DNA of 64,000 nucleotides from Candidatus Bathyarchaeota archaeon (GCA_018396535.1 JAGTQC010000001.1:160001-224000); one strand, 5' to 3'; shown: positions 19,810 through 30,201, numbered from the stretch's first letter. Notes: a model not told the origin generated them from the sequence alone. Numbers and translations: made by a program.

Positions 19810-21144
19810 ATGTCTATAGTAGACTTAGGAAAAAATCTATTCGAAGCATTAAGGAAGATTACTAGCCGCTCATCTGTAGATAGGGAGGGTATCAAAGAAT
19901 TATGTAACGATCTTACTAGAGCATTCCTTAAAGCAGACGTGAACCTAAAGCTAGCTCTAGATATTGTTAAAAGAGTTGAAAATAGAGCTTTAAACGAAGA
20001 GGTACCAGTAGGTTTTACACGTAGAGAGCATATAGTTAAGATAGTCTACGAGGAGATAGTGAAGCTACTAGGCGGAGAGAAGACGTTTATACCTATGCCT
20101 AAACCCGGTTGCTTAACCACAATGATGCTTGTAGGTATCCAGGGATCTGGAAAGACTACGACTGCCGCTAAACTTGCTAGATTCTACATACAGAGGGGGT
20201 TTAAGGTTGGTTTAATATGTGCAGATACATATAGAGCTGGAGCTTACCAGCAACTTATGCAGCTAGCTAGAGATGTAGGTGCTCAATTCTATGGAGATCT
20301 AGAATCTAAGGATCCTATAAAGATAGTCGAGGATGGTATACGAGAGCTAAGCCGTAGGAAGGTGGATCTAATCATAATAGATACAGCTGGTAGACATAAG
20401 GATGAGAAATCGCTTATGGAGGAGGCGAGACTTCTATACGAGAAGATTAAACCAGACTTCGTAGGTTTAATCCTAGATGGAACTATAGGGCAGCAAGCGG
20501 CAGTTCAAGCTGAAGCTTTCAAGAAGGTTTGCGATGTAGGCTTCGTAGTAGTGACCAAGCTTGATGGATCTAGTAGAGGGGGTGGAGCTCTTTCAGCAGT
20601 AGCTGCGACTGGCGCACCGATATCATTCATAGGCTTAGGAGAGAAGGTGAGCGAGCTAGAGGAGTTCGATCCAGCTAGATTCACTGCTAGACTTCTAGGT
20701 CTCGGAGATATAAGAGGATTGATAGAGAAGGCTAGAGAAGCTGAAGTGGAGGTATCTAGACGAAGAGCTTCGGCAATCCTATACGGGAAGTTCACGTTGA
20801 AGGATTTCTATGAGCAGATAGAAGCTTCAAGAAAACTTGGACCAATAAGTAAGGTTCTATCCCTCATACCGGGATTGGCATATCGTATACCAGAGGAGGA
20901 GTTAGAGGAGATCGAGAAGAATCTGGATAAATGGAGGGCTATACTCCAATCTATGAGGAAGGAGGAGTTAGAGGATCCAAGAGTAATAAACCTCTCGAGG
21001 ATTAGAAGGATAGCTAGGGGGGCTGGTGTAAAGGAGAGTGATGTGAAAGAGCTGTTGAAGAGGTATGAAGATGCTAGGAAGCTTCTCAAAGCTATGAGAG
21101 GTAGACGTGTACCTATATCTAAGTTTAGAGGCCTAGGATGCTAG
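19810..21144 (+). CDS. srp54: Signal recognition particle protein SRP54
   Basis: GIQGSGKTTT, DTAGR, TKLDG and M-domain SRIRRIARGAG. Confidence 0.97.
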   Translation: MSIVDLGKNLFEALRKITSRSSVDREGIKELCNDLTRAFLKADVNLKLALDIVKRVENRALNEEVPVGFTRREHIVKIVYEEIVKLLGGEKTFIPMPKPGCLTTMMLVGIQGSGKTTTAAKLARFYIQRGFKVGLICADTYRAGAYQQLMQLARDVGAQFYGDLESKDPIKIVEDGIRELSRRKVDLIIIDTAGRHKDEKSLMEEARLLYEKIKPDFVGLILDGTIGQQAAVQAEAFKKVCDVGFVVVTKLDGSSRGGGALSAVAATGAPISFIGLGEKVSELEEFDPARFTARLLGLGDIRGLIEKAREAEVEVSRRRASAILYGKFTLKDFYEQIEASRKLGPISKVLSLIPGLAYRIPEEELEEIEKNLDKWRAILQSMRKEELEDPRVINLSRIRRIARGAGVKESDVKELLKRYEDARKLLKAMRGRRVPISKFRGLGC

Positions 21145-22162
21145 GGATATTCTCCTCGTATGGAGGTGTTACGATACCCCTCTCCGTTATTATACCTGTT
21201 ATAAGTTCTCCTGGGGTAACGTCGAAAGCTGGGTTTAATACCTCGACACCTTCAGGAGCAATTCTTAAACAACCTATCTCTAAGACTTCTCTTGGACTCC
21301 TATACTCTATCGGAATCTCCTCCCCACATCTAATATTCGGATCGATAGTAGATGTAGGCGCAGCTACATAGAATGGTATACCATGCCTCCTAGCTAACAC
21401 AGCTATAGTATATGTTCCTATCTTATTCGCTGTATCACCGTTTAAAGCTATACGATCAGCCCCTACTACAACCTTATCGATAAAGCCCTTCGCCATAACA
21501 AAACCGACCATACCATCTGTGATAAGTGTTACAGGTACACCTTCACTTACAAGTTCGAAAACCGTAAGTCTAGCTCCCTGTAGTTTAGGTCTAGTCTCTG
21601 TAGCATAGACTCTAACCCTCTTACCAGCGGCTATAGCACTCCTAATCACACCTAGAGCCGTACCCCAACCTGCTGTTGCTAGGGCACCAGCATTACAGTG
21701 CGTCAGTATTCTATCTCCATCCCTAATAAGTTTCTCCCCATACAATCCTATACGTCTATTAGCTTCGATATCCTCCTCCTCTATACTCTTAGCTTCATCT
21801 AGAGCAATCCTCCTAGCTTCTTCTACACTACTAGCTTCGAGTATACGTTTCCTAACCCTATCTAGAGCCCAGAATAGATTGTACGCTGTAGGTCTCGTAC
21901 TCCTCAGAAGCTCATAGGCTTTTTCGAGTTCTAATCTAAGCCCCTCTACATCCCTTATACAAGTATTGATTATCGATAGAGCTAAACCATATGCTGCAAC
22001 GACACCTATAGCTGGAGCACCCCTAACCTTCATACTCTTTATACAATCCGCCACCTCTTCAGCAGATCTACACTCCACATACTCAACCCTACCGGGTAGA
22101 AGATTTTGATCTAAGATATGTAGAGCATTATCCTTGAATATGAATGCCTTCACAGCCATCAT
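21125..22162 (-). CDS. mtnA: Methylthioribose-1-phosphate isomerase (eIF2B-like family)
   Basis: MKVRGAPAIG, RPTAYNL, THCNAGALAT, ETRPKLQG, NKIGT and NPAFDVTP. Confidence 0.93.
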   Translation of the reverse strand: MMAVKAFIFKDNALHILDQNLLPGRVEYVECRSAEEVADCIKSMKVRGAPAIGVVAAYGLALSIINTCIRDVEGLRLELEKAYELLRSTRPTAYNLFWALDRVRKRILEASSVEEARRIALDEAKSIEEEDIEANRRIGLYGEKLIRDGDRILTHCNAGALATAGWGTALGVIRSAIAAGKRVRVYATETRPKLQGARLTVFELVSEGVPVTLITDGMVGFVMAKGFIDKVVVGADRIALNGDTANKIGTYTIAVLARRHGIPFYVAAPTSTIDPNIRCGEEIPIEYRSPREVLEIGCLRIAPEGVEVLNPAFDVTPGELITGIITERGIVTPPYEENIPSILGL

Positions 22163-22213
22163 AGGAGATCTAATATACCGCTGAGATAATAATCATTTAT
22201 AGTTAGCGTTAGT

Positions 22214-22783
22214 ATGGGGAAGCTGAACGGTATGGTTAAGGCTAGGCTTAGAGGGGTTGAGACGATAGTAGAGGGGGATCAGGGAGCTATAGGCTCCCTC
22301 ATGGATAGAGGATATGGTAGACTTGAAGATGGTCGATTAATACTATCACCTGTGGAGGCTCTATACCTAGCATCCGAGGGGAGGGTGGAGGTCGTAGATG
22401 AGAATGGCTCAAATTTAACTATAGACCAACTGTTATCAAGGTTTTTATCCTATGATCCAGATGTATGGGTTAAGTACTTAGTCTATAGGGATCTTAGGAG
22501 TAGAGGCTACGTAGTTAAGGATGGGGTTGGACTAGGATGCGATTTCAGAGTCTATAGGAAGGGGGGATACGGAAGGGAGGCTGCGAAGTACTTAGTCTTT
22601 GCGCTACCTGAGGGTAGAAGCTATAAGCTTAGTGAACTTGAGAGTATAGCATCAGAGACTAGGAGACTTGGAAAGGAGCTTATACTTGCTATAATAGATA
22701 GAAGGGGGGATATAGTATACTATAGTTTAAACCTTATACCTTCAAGGTTTAAAGCCGATAGGGAGGTTGAGGAGGAGTTATGA
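22214..22783 (+). CDS. endA: tRNA-splicing endonuclease subunit, probably the non-catalytic structural subunit
   Basis: LSPVEALYL, YLVYRDLR-RGY and DFRVY present, but catalytic Tyr (KYG replaced by GLG) and His appear absent. Confidence 0.85.
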   Translation: MGKLNGMVKARLRGVETIVEGDQGAIGSLMDRGYGRLEDGRLILSPVEALYLASEGRVEVVDENGSNLTIDQLLSRFLSYDPDVWVKYLVYRDLRSRGYVVKDGVGLGCDFRVYRKGGYGREAAKYLVFALPEGRSYKLSELESIASETRRLGKELILAIIDRRGDIVYYSLNLIPSRFKADREVEEEL

Positions 22784-24078
22784 AAATAAACCCTCCTAGA
22801 GGTATGAAGGATTTCCTACCAGAGGATCTAGCTAAAAGACGCTACGTCGAGGAGTGTGTGAGAAAATTATTCAAACTCTATGGATATGAGGAGGTGGAGA
22901 CACCGACTTTGGAAAGCTATGAGTTACTAGCAGCTAAGGTTGGGGAGGAGACTAGACGCTCCATGTATATAGTTGAGGATCTGAAGGGTAGGAGGTACGC
23001 GCTTAGACCTGAGGGTACTTCACCTATAGCTAGACTAGTGGTTACTAAACTTAAAACGTATCCTAAGCCTATAAGACTTGGCTATATATGGGATTTCTAT
23101 AGATATGATGAACCCCAATTCGGTAGGTATAGACGCTTCTATCAAGGAGGATTCGAGCTTATAGGTGCATCCACTATCGAAGCAGATGTTGAAATCCTCA
23201 GTATAGCTATACATCTATTCCGTATGCTTAACATACCTAGCTTCTACTTGAAGATGAATCATGTAGGTGTAATTAGATCCCTCCTCGCATACTATGGTTT
23301 CGATGAGGATGTACAGAACCATATCCTATTCCTAGCTGATAAGAAGCGATACGATGAATTAATAGGATACCTTGCAGATCTAAAGGCTTCTAATACTCTT
23401 GTAGATACGGTTTCAGAACTCATCAAGCTTAAAGGTTTCGATATAGATTCTGTGATAAGTAAAGCTAGAAGCCTATTGATGAATTATGATGAAGCTCTCC
23501 GATCGCTCGAAAAACTCGAATCTATAGTGAAGCTAGCGTTAAAGGTGAATGGCGATACTAGGATATACCTAGATTTAGGCTTTGGTAGAGGTTTAGAGTA
23601 TTATACTGGAATGATATTCGAGGTATTCGTCGACGGGGTTGATATAGCTTTAGCCGGTGGCGGACGATACGATAAGCTTATAGAATTCTATGGAGGGGAG
23701 CCTACCCCAGCTGTAGGATTCTCACCTGGGATAGATAGGATAGTATCTGTGATGGAGAAGCTAGGTATCCTACCAGAGATGCAGAATGAGAAGCTACTAT
23801 TAGTCGTACCTGTTTCAGACCAGTATAGCTGCGATGCCTTATTGATCGCTAATAACCTTAGACTTATGGATATACCAGTAGTAGTAGAGGTTAACCTACG
23901 TAGGCTGAGAGATTCATTATCCTACGCAGATAAAGTAAGATTCAGATATGTAGCGATAATAGGTGAAGAGTATAGGGATGGCTTAATAGTATTAAGGGAT
24001 ATGAAAGCTAGAAGTCAGGTATTGGTTACGCTAGATAAGCTTTTAGAAATACTTAGAAGTGATAGAAGTTGGATATAG
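22780..24078 (+). CDS. hisS: Histidine--tRNA ligase
   Basis: PRGMKDF, LRPEGT, RYDEPQ-GRYR-F-Q, RGLEYYTG and GGGRYD. Confidence 0.97.
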   Translation: MKINPPRGMKDFLPEDLAKRRYVEECVRKLFKLYGYEEVETPTLESYELLAAKVGEETRRSMYIVEDLKGRRYALRPEGTSPIARLVVTKLKTYPKPIRLGYIWDFYRYDEPQFGRYRRFYQGGFELIGASTIEADVEILSIAIHLFRMLNIPSFYLKMNHVGVIRSLLAYYGFDEDVQNHILFLADKKRYDELIGYLADLKASNTLVDTVSELIKLKGFDIDSVISKARSLLMNYDEALRSLEKLESIVKLALKVNGDTRIYLDLGFGRGLEYYTGMIFEVFVDGVDIALAGGGRYDKLIEFYGGEPTPAVGFSPGIDRIVSVMEKLGILPEMQNEKLLLVVPVSDQYSCDALLIANNLRLMDIPVVVEVNLRRLRDSLSYADKVRFRYVAIIGEEYRDGLIVLRDMKARSQVLVTLDKLLEILRSDRSWI

Positions 24079-24830
24079 CTAGATTCACATCAGGTTCAAC
24101 CCCTACTGAGCTAGTATTCCTAGAAGATTCCTACTCGACAAAGTTTGAAGCTACTGTTCTGAAGAGTTTCAGAGAGAAACATAGAGCGTATATCTGTCTC
24201 GATAAGACACTATTCCATCCAAGAATGGGTGGGCAACCAAATGATGAAGGATTCATAGAGTATATGAACGGAAGTATACATGTTACTAAAGCCTTCATAA
24301 ATAACGGAGTGGTAGTTCACATAGGATCGATACTTTATGGAGATATACCTAGAGAGGGTGTGACTGTCTATGGAAAGATAGATTGGATTAAACGATACAA
24401 GATTATGCGTAGACATACAGCAGGACATCTATTAGACTATTGTATTTCAAGAATCCTAGATAGAAGTATCCGAACTATAGATCTATGGATGGGTGATCCA
24501 TGCTACACGGTATACGATACCCGTATAAGCTTAGAGGATATCGCTAGAATAGAGTATGAAGCTAGTAAGATAATCGAGAGCGATAGAAACGTCTACTTTA
24601 CCTACATAGATCACTATGAACTTCAACAGCGATATCCTGACGCTCCGAATCTATATAGGCTCCCAATGGGGTTGAATAGGTATAGAATCGTCGTTATAGA
24701 TGGATGCAATAGCATACCATGCACCGGTACTCATGTACGTAGATTATCTGAGATAGGATGTATCAAGATAGATAGAATTGAATATACTACTGAAGGTTAC
24801 TCTAAATTGTACTACGATGTATACCCTTAA
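24069..24830 (+). CDS. alaXM: Alanyl-tRNA editing protein AlaX-M
   Basis: T-FHP--GGQP-D, HTAGH and CTGTH zinc ligands. Confidence 0.9.
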   Translation: MDIARFTSGSTPTELVFLEDSYSTKFEATVLKSFREKHRAYICLDKTLFHPRMGGQPNDEGFIEYMNGSIHVTKAFINNGVVVHIGSILYGDIPREGVTVYGKIDWIKRYKIMRRHTAGHLLDYCISRILDRSIRTIDLWMGDPCYTVYDTRISLEDIARIEYEASKIIESDRNVYFTYIDHYELQQRYPDAPNLYRLPMGLNRYRIVVIDGCNSIPCTGTHVRRLSEIGCIKIDRIEYTTEGYSKLYYDVYP

Positions 24831-25271
24831 CGTATAGTATAGTTGTGACGATCACAGGTATAGATTGAACCGAATTCACGTCGAAATTAATCTAAACCTA
24901 TACTTAAATCAAACATATTCGAATTTTCTTGGAACATGTTTTGAATTAAGTTACATGTACCTATTGATCTAAAAGCTGCACCATCCATATTACAAGCAGA
25001 TATTTAGCTCATCTCTCGCATATAGATAGGCTTCTCTTAAAAGGATGGGTATAGACTTTGATAAACTTGGATGTAAACTATATACGACTGAGTATCACCT
25101 CCAGTAGTTCCAAGATGAAATACTGTAGATACGATGAAGCCTCAGAAGAGTTCTATCTCTTATGTTTGATATGAAAGAGTATAAATAATACAAAAATTTA
25201 CGATAAAACTTGTAGCTCGTAAAGATTACCCTCATTTTAGTAAGCACCAGTATCACTTTAGCATAATGTCT

Positions 25272-26341
25272 TCAGCCGTTTTTCATAGATAATACTATCG
25301 ATGTTGCTATGATAGCTATAGCAACCGCTATAAGCAAAATATCTAACAGATGCAGAGTGGTTAGGGTAAAGGCTTCAGTAGGTAATACTACACCTCCAAC
25401 TGGTAATCTATATTGGCTTAACGCTTCTTCAACATTATTTTCAAGCTCTCCTAAAGTATCTCCTGCAGCATATACCATATGAATTGCCTTAGTTTCACCA
25501 GGTCTTAACGTTCCTAAGAACCAATCGTAGACTACACAGTAATCGCCTAAGTATGGCGCTGCTCCATCGCTTCTTATGGAGAATTTCTCAGGCAGTGCAA
25601 TACCCCTGCTCATATAATCATCCCAATCCAAATCGTAGTCTGTTGGTGGTTCTAGCGATGCGAAGCCTATGTAAACTGTGCCTGGTGCGATAGTTGTTTT
25701 CACAAAGGCAACGGCTAAGTTTAAGTTCGGCATCCTTATATCGTCCATACCCCAATAATTATCGTAGTCTCCGATGAGCGGGTACCAGATATCCAAGTCT
25801 ACAATCCTCTTATATTCAAGGTCTGCTATAATCTCTGTACCTGTATTCGTTATATAAGTTTCGATTTTAATATACTTCTTATCACTGAAGATTTCCACTC
25901 TAAACTCCAGTAGTAGGGTGTTATCGTTTGTGGATATCTTGATTATATGGAGGTAGCCGTATGGTGTCGTTATCCATGTTACTGTCGGAGTAGCCCCTCG
26001 ATCGTCCCCCAAGCATCATCTGTGGGGCTGAAACCGGCACTATTACTGCCATAGAAGACTGACCAGCCGTCACCCCACCATCCTACAGTAAGAGACTCAT
26101 AATCATAGCCTATCGGGTATTGAAAACCGACATCTTCACCTAAATCAGAATCATAGATACCTAAAGCACCGTAGTTATTGACCCCAACCCTTAGGTAGCT
26201 CCCAGTATAGGTTTTCCCTATGTAATAACTGCCTGTCTCTAAATTCTGAGAGTCGAAAGCCGCTATAGCATTAAGAAAGGACAGAAAGATTACCATTGAA
26301 AAAAGAAGAATAGTTTTATATTTCTTTCTAATTACTTTCAT
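25272..26341 (-). pseudogene. Secreted/surface protein split by a -1 frameshift (ORFs 25979-26341 and 25272-26012); signal peptide plus C-terminal PVGG-TM tail
   Basis: Upstream ORF has a signal peptide; downstream ORF has PVGG+TM+basic tail; adding one G in the minus-strand GAGGGG run near 25995 joins them as WGTIEG-ATPTVTW. Confidence 0.75.
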
Positions 26342-26918
26342 GCCAGTGATTTTGTTCCGTATACATATATAAATTTTTCGATTTACTATATGGGTAGATC
26401 GGTGAAGTATGGGAAATGCGATCCAACAGTGGATAGACGTATATGTGGTGTAAGCTTTCAGATATGGAAGGTAGGATTAACTCCAAAGAATCTTCAATAA
26501 GTTGATCAGAGGGAATGCTAGGTAGAGATGAAGGAAACGAATCGTTACGTATCTCTATTTAACTTAGAGATCAGAGTGTATCCAACAAAGTATAGTGAAG
26601 ATTCGTCGAAGATATAAAGCGGTAGGATTATTGAATACTTAGAAAGAACTCGTGAACAATATAATTAGTGATGTTACTATATTGGAATATGAGGGTTAGG
26701 CATCCAAGTTGGGTAGATAGCTAGCCACCTGCTCGTTAAAAAGCGGCTTGCTAGAGTTTAAGGATAAGGGGCTATAATCGCCTTAATTATAACAAACTAC
26801 TCTAGAATAAACTTAAACTATTCATAAAATAATCTTCTTCTAGTAGTAGCATCGAATAGCCATACTTAGTATACCTAACTACCTCGATAAACTGGATGAA
26901 AAGAGTCAAGCCTGAAGA

Positions 26919-26995
26919 TGGTGGGCCGGCCCGGATTTGAACCGGGGATCTCCACCTCGTAAGGGTGGCATCTTACCAGGCTAGACCACCGGCCC
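26919..26995 (-). tRNA. tRNA-Val (anticodon TAC), CCA encoded
   Basis: Reverse complement GGGCCGGTGGTCTAGCCTGGTAAGATG-CCACC-CTTACGA-GGTGG-AGATCCCCGGTTCAAATCCGGGCCGGCCCACCA folds into a cloverleaf. Confidence 0.96.
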
Positions 26996-27084
26996 ATATA
27001 GTTTTTGCTTAAGGCTAGAGTTAATCTAGCTCTAGGTTAATCTTAAAAAGTTTATCGGATCTAAACGGCTATCTTTTAGGATGT

Positions 27085-27516
27085 ATGCCGATCGAAGTAC
27101 TTGATGAGATCGATAGGAGAATACTAGAGATTTTAAGGGAGAATTCTAGGGTGAGCTTTACAACTATAGCTAACGAGCTTGGTATATCGGAGGCTTCGGT
27201 TAGGAGGAGGGTTAAAGCTCTCATCGATAGTGGTGTAATAAGAAAGTTTACTATAGAGACTGGTATAGAGACTGGTATAGAGGCGTTTGTATTTGTATCG
27301 GTAGATCCATCTAGGCTTACAGGTGAGGTAGCTAGCGAAGCATTAAATCTTAAGGGTGTTAGGGCTGTTTATGAGGTTACTGGGGAGTACGATGCTGTTA
27401 TACTATTACATGTAGATTCTATTCAGGAGTTGAATAAATGTATTGACGAGATCCGTAGAATTGAAAGCGTGAAGAGGACTAATACCGTCATAATATTGCG
27501 AACATTGCAGAAGTAG
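27085..27516 (+). CDS. Lrp/AsnC-family transcriptional regulator (LysM-like)
   Basis: LDEIDRRIL..NSR, SEASVRRRV HTH and YEVTGEYD RAM domain; directly upstream of homocitrate synthase. Confidence 0.9.
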   Translation: MPIEVLDEIDRRILEILRENSRVSFTTIANELGISEASVRRRVKALIDSGVIRKFTIETGIETGIEAFVFVSVDPSRLTGEVASEALNLKGVRAVYEVTGEYDAVILLHVDSIQELNKCIDEIRRIESVKRTNTVIILRTLQK

Positions 27517-27574
27517 ATCTGGAGATTCCTACGAAACTTTTTTATCTTTGACGATATCCTTTAGAGGAGGGTGT

Positions 27575-28996
27575 ATGACGGTTATAAGACTTGATGGGAT
27601 ACTCGATTCGACTCTTAGAGAAGGTGAGCAGACGCCTACGGTCTACTTTACACCGGAGGAGAAGTGTAGGATAGCTGAGATGATATACTTAACGCTAGGT
27701 TCTAGATCGGTGTTGGAGATAGGGGCACCTTATAGCCCAGAGTATACAGAGGGTGTTGAAGCTGTGGTGAAGTATTTCGATGAAAGAGGGTATAAAGCTC
27801 TACTCGCTAGCCATTGTAGGACGTTAAGAGGGGATGTGGATATAGCTTGGAAATGTGGAACTAGATGTATAACAGTCTTCATGGCTGCATCTGATAAACA
27901 CCTCCTCTATAAGTTTGATGGGTTAAGCTATGAAGCAGCGTTGAATAGGATAAGGGATGTTATAAGGTATGCTAAGGATATAGTCGGCTTCGATAGGGTT
28001 GAGTATACACTTGAAGATGCTACTAGTATGCCTATAGAGAGGATAATAGAAGTAGCTAAGACTGCGGAGGAGGCTGGTGCCGATGTCGTTAAGATACCTG
28101 ATACTAAGGGTCAGACTGATCCGTGGAGTTTCTACGATATTATCTCTAAACTCGTAGAGTCTATATCCATACCAGTCGATGTACACTGTCATAACGATAG
28201 GGGTCTTGCAGTAGCTAATAGTATAGCAGCTCTGAAAGCTGGTGCACGGTATGTTAACGTAGCTGTAATGGGGCTTGGTGAGAGATGCGGAATAGCCGAT
28301 ATGGCTACTCTCGTAGAGAATCTGGAAACATTGTACGGTGTTGATACAGGTGTGAACTTCAAGATGATACCTAAGCTATATAGGTATGTATCAGCTGTAA
28401 CAGGTATACCTATACATCCGCAGCATCCTATAATCGGTAGGTTTGCAAGGATACATAAAGCCGGGACTCATCAAAAGACTGTTCTAAGAGCTCCGGACGC
28501 CTACGAGACTATAGATTGGAGTAAATATGGGTTAGAGAGAGAGTATGAGTTTGGAGCTATGCAGTCTAAGGAACTAGTGAACTACATACTGAGAGGCTTC
28601 GATGTATCTGAGGATAAGAAGATGGAGATAGTGGAGGAGATAAGGCGGAGGTCTATGCATCTAAAACGCTCGTTAAAGATGGGTGAAGTATGGCGTATAA
28701 TAGAGGAGAAGACTGGTATATCTATGAAAACCTATGAGGAGTATTTTGATGCGATTATATTCATTAAAACTAAGCCTTCGATAGATGAAGAGAGCTTCCT
28801 GAGAATGCTTAGAGAATATCTCTTGGAGTTAGAGATGACTTGGACAACATACGAAGTAACAGGTCTATGGGATTACATACTACATCTCAAGAATGTAGGT
28901 GGAGGGCAACAGTTGGATGAGATTACTGCTAGAATTAGGAGAATGCCTGCTGTAGTCGATACGAGTACGTCTATAGTTTTTGAGGAATACCGGTGA
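27575..28996 (+). CDS. Homocitrate synthase (DRE-TIM) with C-terminal RAM/Lrp-type regulatory domain
   Basis: DSTLREGEQ, HCHNDRG-A-AN, GLGERCG, HKAGTH; C-terminal YEVTGLWDY...TSTSIV; GGAGG SD before ATG 27575. Confidence 0.82.
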   Translation: MTVIRLDGILDSTLREGEQTPTVYFTPEEKCRIAEMIYLTLGSRSVLEIGAPYSPEYTEGVEAVVKYFDERGYKALLASHCRTLRGDVDIAWKCGTRCITVFMAASDKHLLYKFDGLSYEAALNRIRDVIRYAKDIVGFDRVEYTLEDATSMPIERIIEVAKTAEEAGADVVKIPDTKGQTDPWSFYDIISKLVESISIPVDVHCHNDRGLAVANSIAALKAGARYVNVAVMGLGERCGIADMATLVENLETLYGVDTGVNFKMIPKLYRYVSAVTGIPIHPQHPIIGRFARIHKAGTHQKTVLRAPDAYETIDWSKYGLEREYEFGAMQSKELVNYILRGFDVSEDKKMEIVEEIRRRSMHLKRSLKMGEVWRIIEEKTGISMKTYEEYFDAIIFIKTKPSIDEESFLRMLREYLLELEMTWTTYEVTGLWDYILHLKNVGGGQQLDEITARIRRMPAVVDTSTSIVFEEYR

Positions 28997-29924
28997 GAGG
29001 GATACCTAAAGCCCTTCTTAACCCGTTATACCTATTCCTTATAGTTACCTCGGTAACCCCTGCAGCTTCAGCTACATCCTTCTGCGTGATCTTCTCTCCC
29101 TCATCTACGCAAGCCATGTACAGTGCTGCAGCTGCTAAACCTACCGGGTCTTTACCTGCACATGCCTTAAGCTCCTGGCATTTCCTTAGTATCTCTATCG
29201 CCTTCCTCTGAATCTTCTCGCTTAAACCAAGCCTAGAAGCTATCTTAGCTACATACTTAACAGGATCTGCTACAGGCATCTTAAGGTTAAGCTCCTTTAT
29301 AAGGAGTCTATAGCATCTAGCTATATCCTTCTTCTTAACTATACTAGCATCAGCTAGCTCCTTAAGGGTTCTAGGTATATTAGAAGCTCTACATGCAGCA
29401 TAGAGTGATGCAGCTGCGATAGCAGCTATCGATCTACCCCTAACCAAACCAGATTCTAAAGCCTTCCTGTATATTATAGCAGCTTTCTCCTTCACAGGAG
29501 ATGGTAGACCAAGCCTATCTGATAACCTATCCAATTCAGCCATAGCTTGACTTAAATTCCTATCTATAGATGAGTGTACTCTGGAACGTATCTGCCAATG
29601 TCTAAGTCTAAGCATCTGAAGCCTAGCTTCCACAGATAGACTCCTACCAAAGGCATCCTTACTTATATTAGTTATAGTTGTCGAAAGACCTTTATCATGG
29701 ATAGAGAAGCTTAACGGAATACCTGTACGACTCCTCTCCTCCTTCTCCTCCTGTGTGAATGCACGCCATTCAGGCCCCTGATCCATTAGCTTACTCTGAA
29801 TAACAGTACCGCAAATACCACAGAAAACCTCGCCTCTCTCATAATCATAGATAAGCTTCTTAGATCCACAACTAGGACAGCTATTTACCTCCTCCTCGAG
29901 TTTCTCCTCCAACCCAGCCTCCAT
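28971..29924 (-). CDS. tfb: Transcription initiation factor IIB
   Basis: CPSCG...CGICG zinc ribbon, GPEWRAF and two cyclin repeats (GRS, GKDP-GLAAA, VTEVTIRNRY). Confidence 0.97.
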   Translation of the reverse strand: MEAGLEEKLEEEVNSCPSCGSKKLIYDYERGEVFCGICGTVIQSKLMDQGPEWRAFTQEEKEERSRTGIPLSFSIHDKGLSTTITNISKDAFGRSLSVEARLQMLRLRHWQIRSRVHSSIDRNLSQAMAELDRLSDRLGLPSPVKEKAAIIYRKALESGLVRGRSIAAIAAASLYAACRASNIPRTLKELADASIVKKKDIARCYRLLIKELNLKMPVADPVKYVAKIASRLGLSEKIQRKAIEILRKCQELKACAGKDPVGLAAAALYMACVDEGEKITQKDVAEAAGVTEVTIRNRYNGLRRALGIPLTGIPQKL

Positions 29925-30077
29925 ATAGATTCTCCACCCCCAGAGTCGATCCCTAGAATGTAGGTCATTTCAACTCTTAAAGCAAGAGAAATCCCTCAAT
30001 ACAACTATATAAACCTTTCGATCACCGACAAACTATAGAAAACCTTAAACCTTCAAAATCACTAATAACTAATAGAT

Positions 30078-30201
30078 GCGGGGGTGGCCGAGCGGGACAA
30101 AGGCGCAGGACTTAAGATCGTAGAAGCCTACGATAAAAGGGCTGAGACGATGGGTTATCCTGTGGGGTAGCCCTTCGTGGGTTCAAATCCCACCCCCCGC
30201 A
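30078..30201 (+). tRNA. tRNA-Leu (anticodon TAA) with a 40-nt intron at canonical 37/38 position (30117-30156)
   Basis: Acceptor GCGGGGG/CCCCCGC-A, anticodon stem CAGGA/TCCTG, long variable arm, GTTCAAATC T-loop; BHB formed by CTTA/TGGG helix, AGA and TTA bulges and TCGT/ACGA outer helix. Confidence 0.95.

Noticed and set aside
24863-24872. GATTGAACCG as a possible att remnant of the tRNA-Val T-loop
   Set aside because: Too short and gapped; no integrase present
27253-27282. 12-bp tandem duplication (IETG-IETG) in the Lrp gene
   Set aside because: Small in-frame linker duplication with no evident significance
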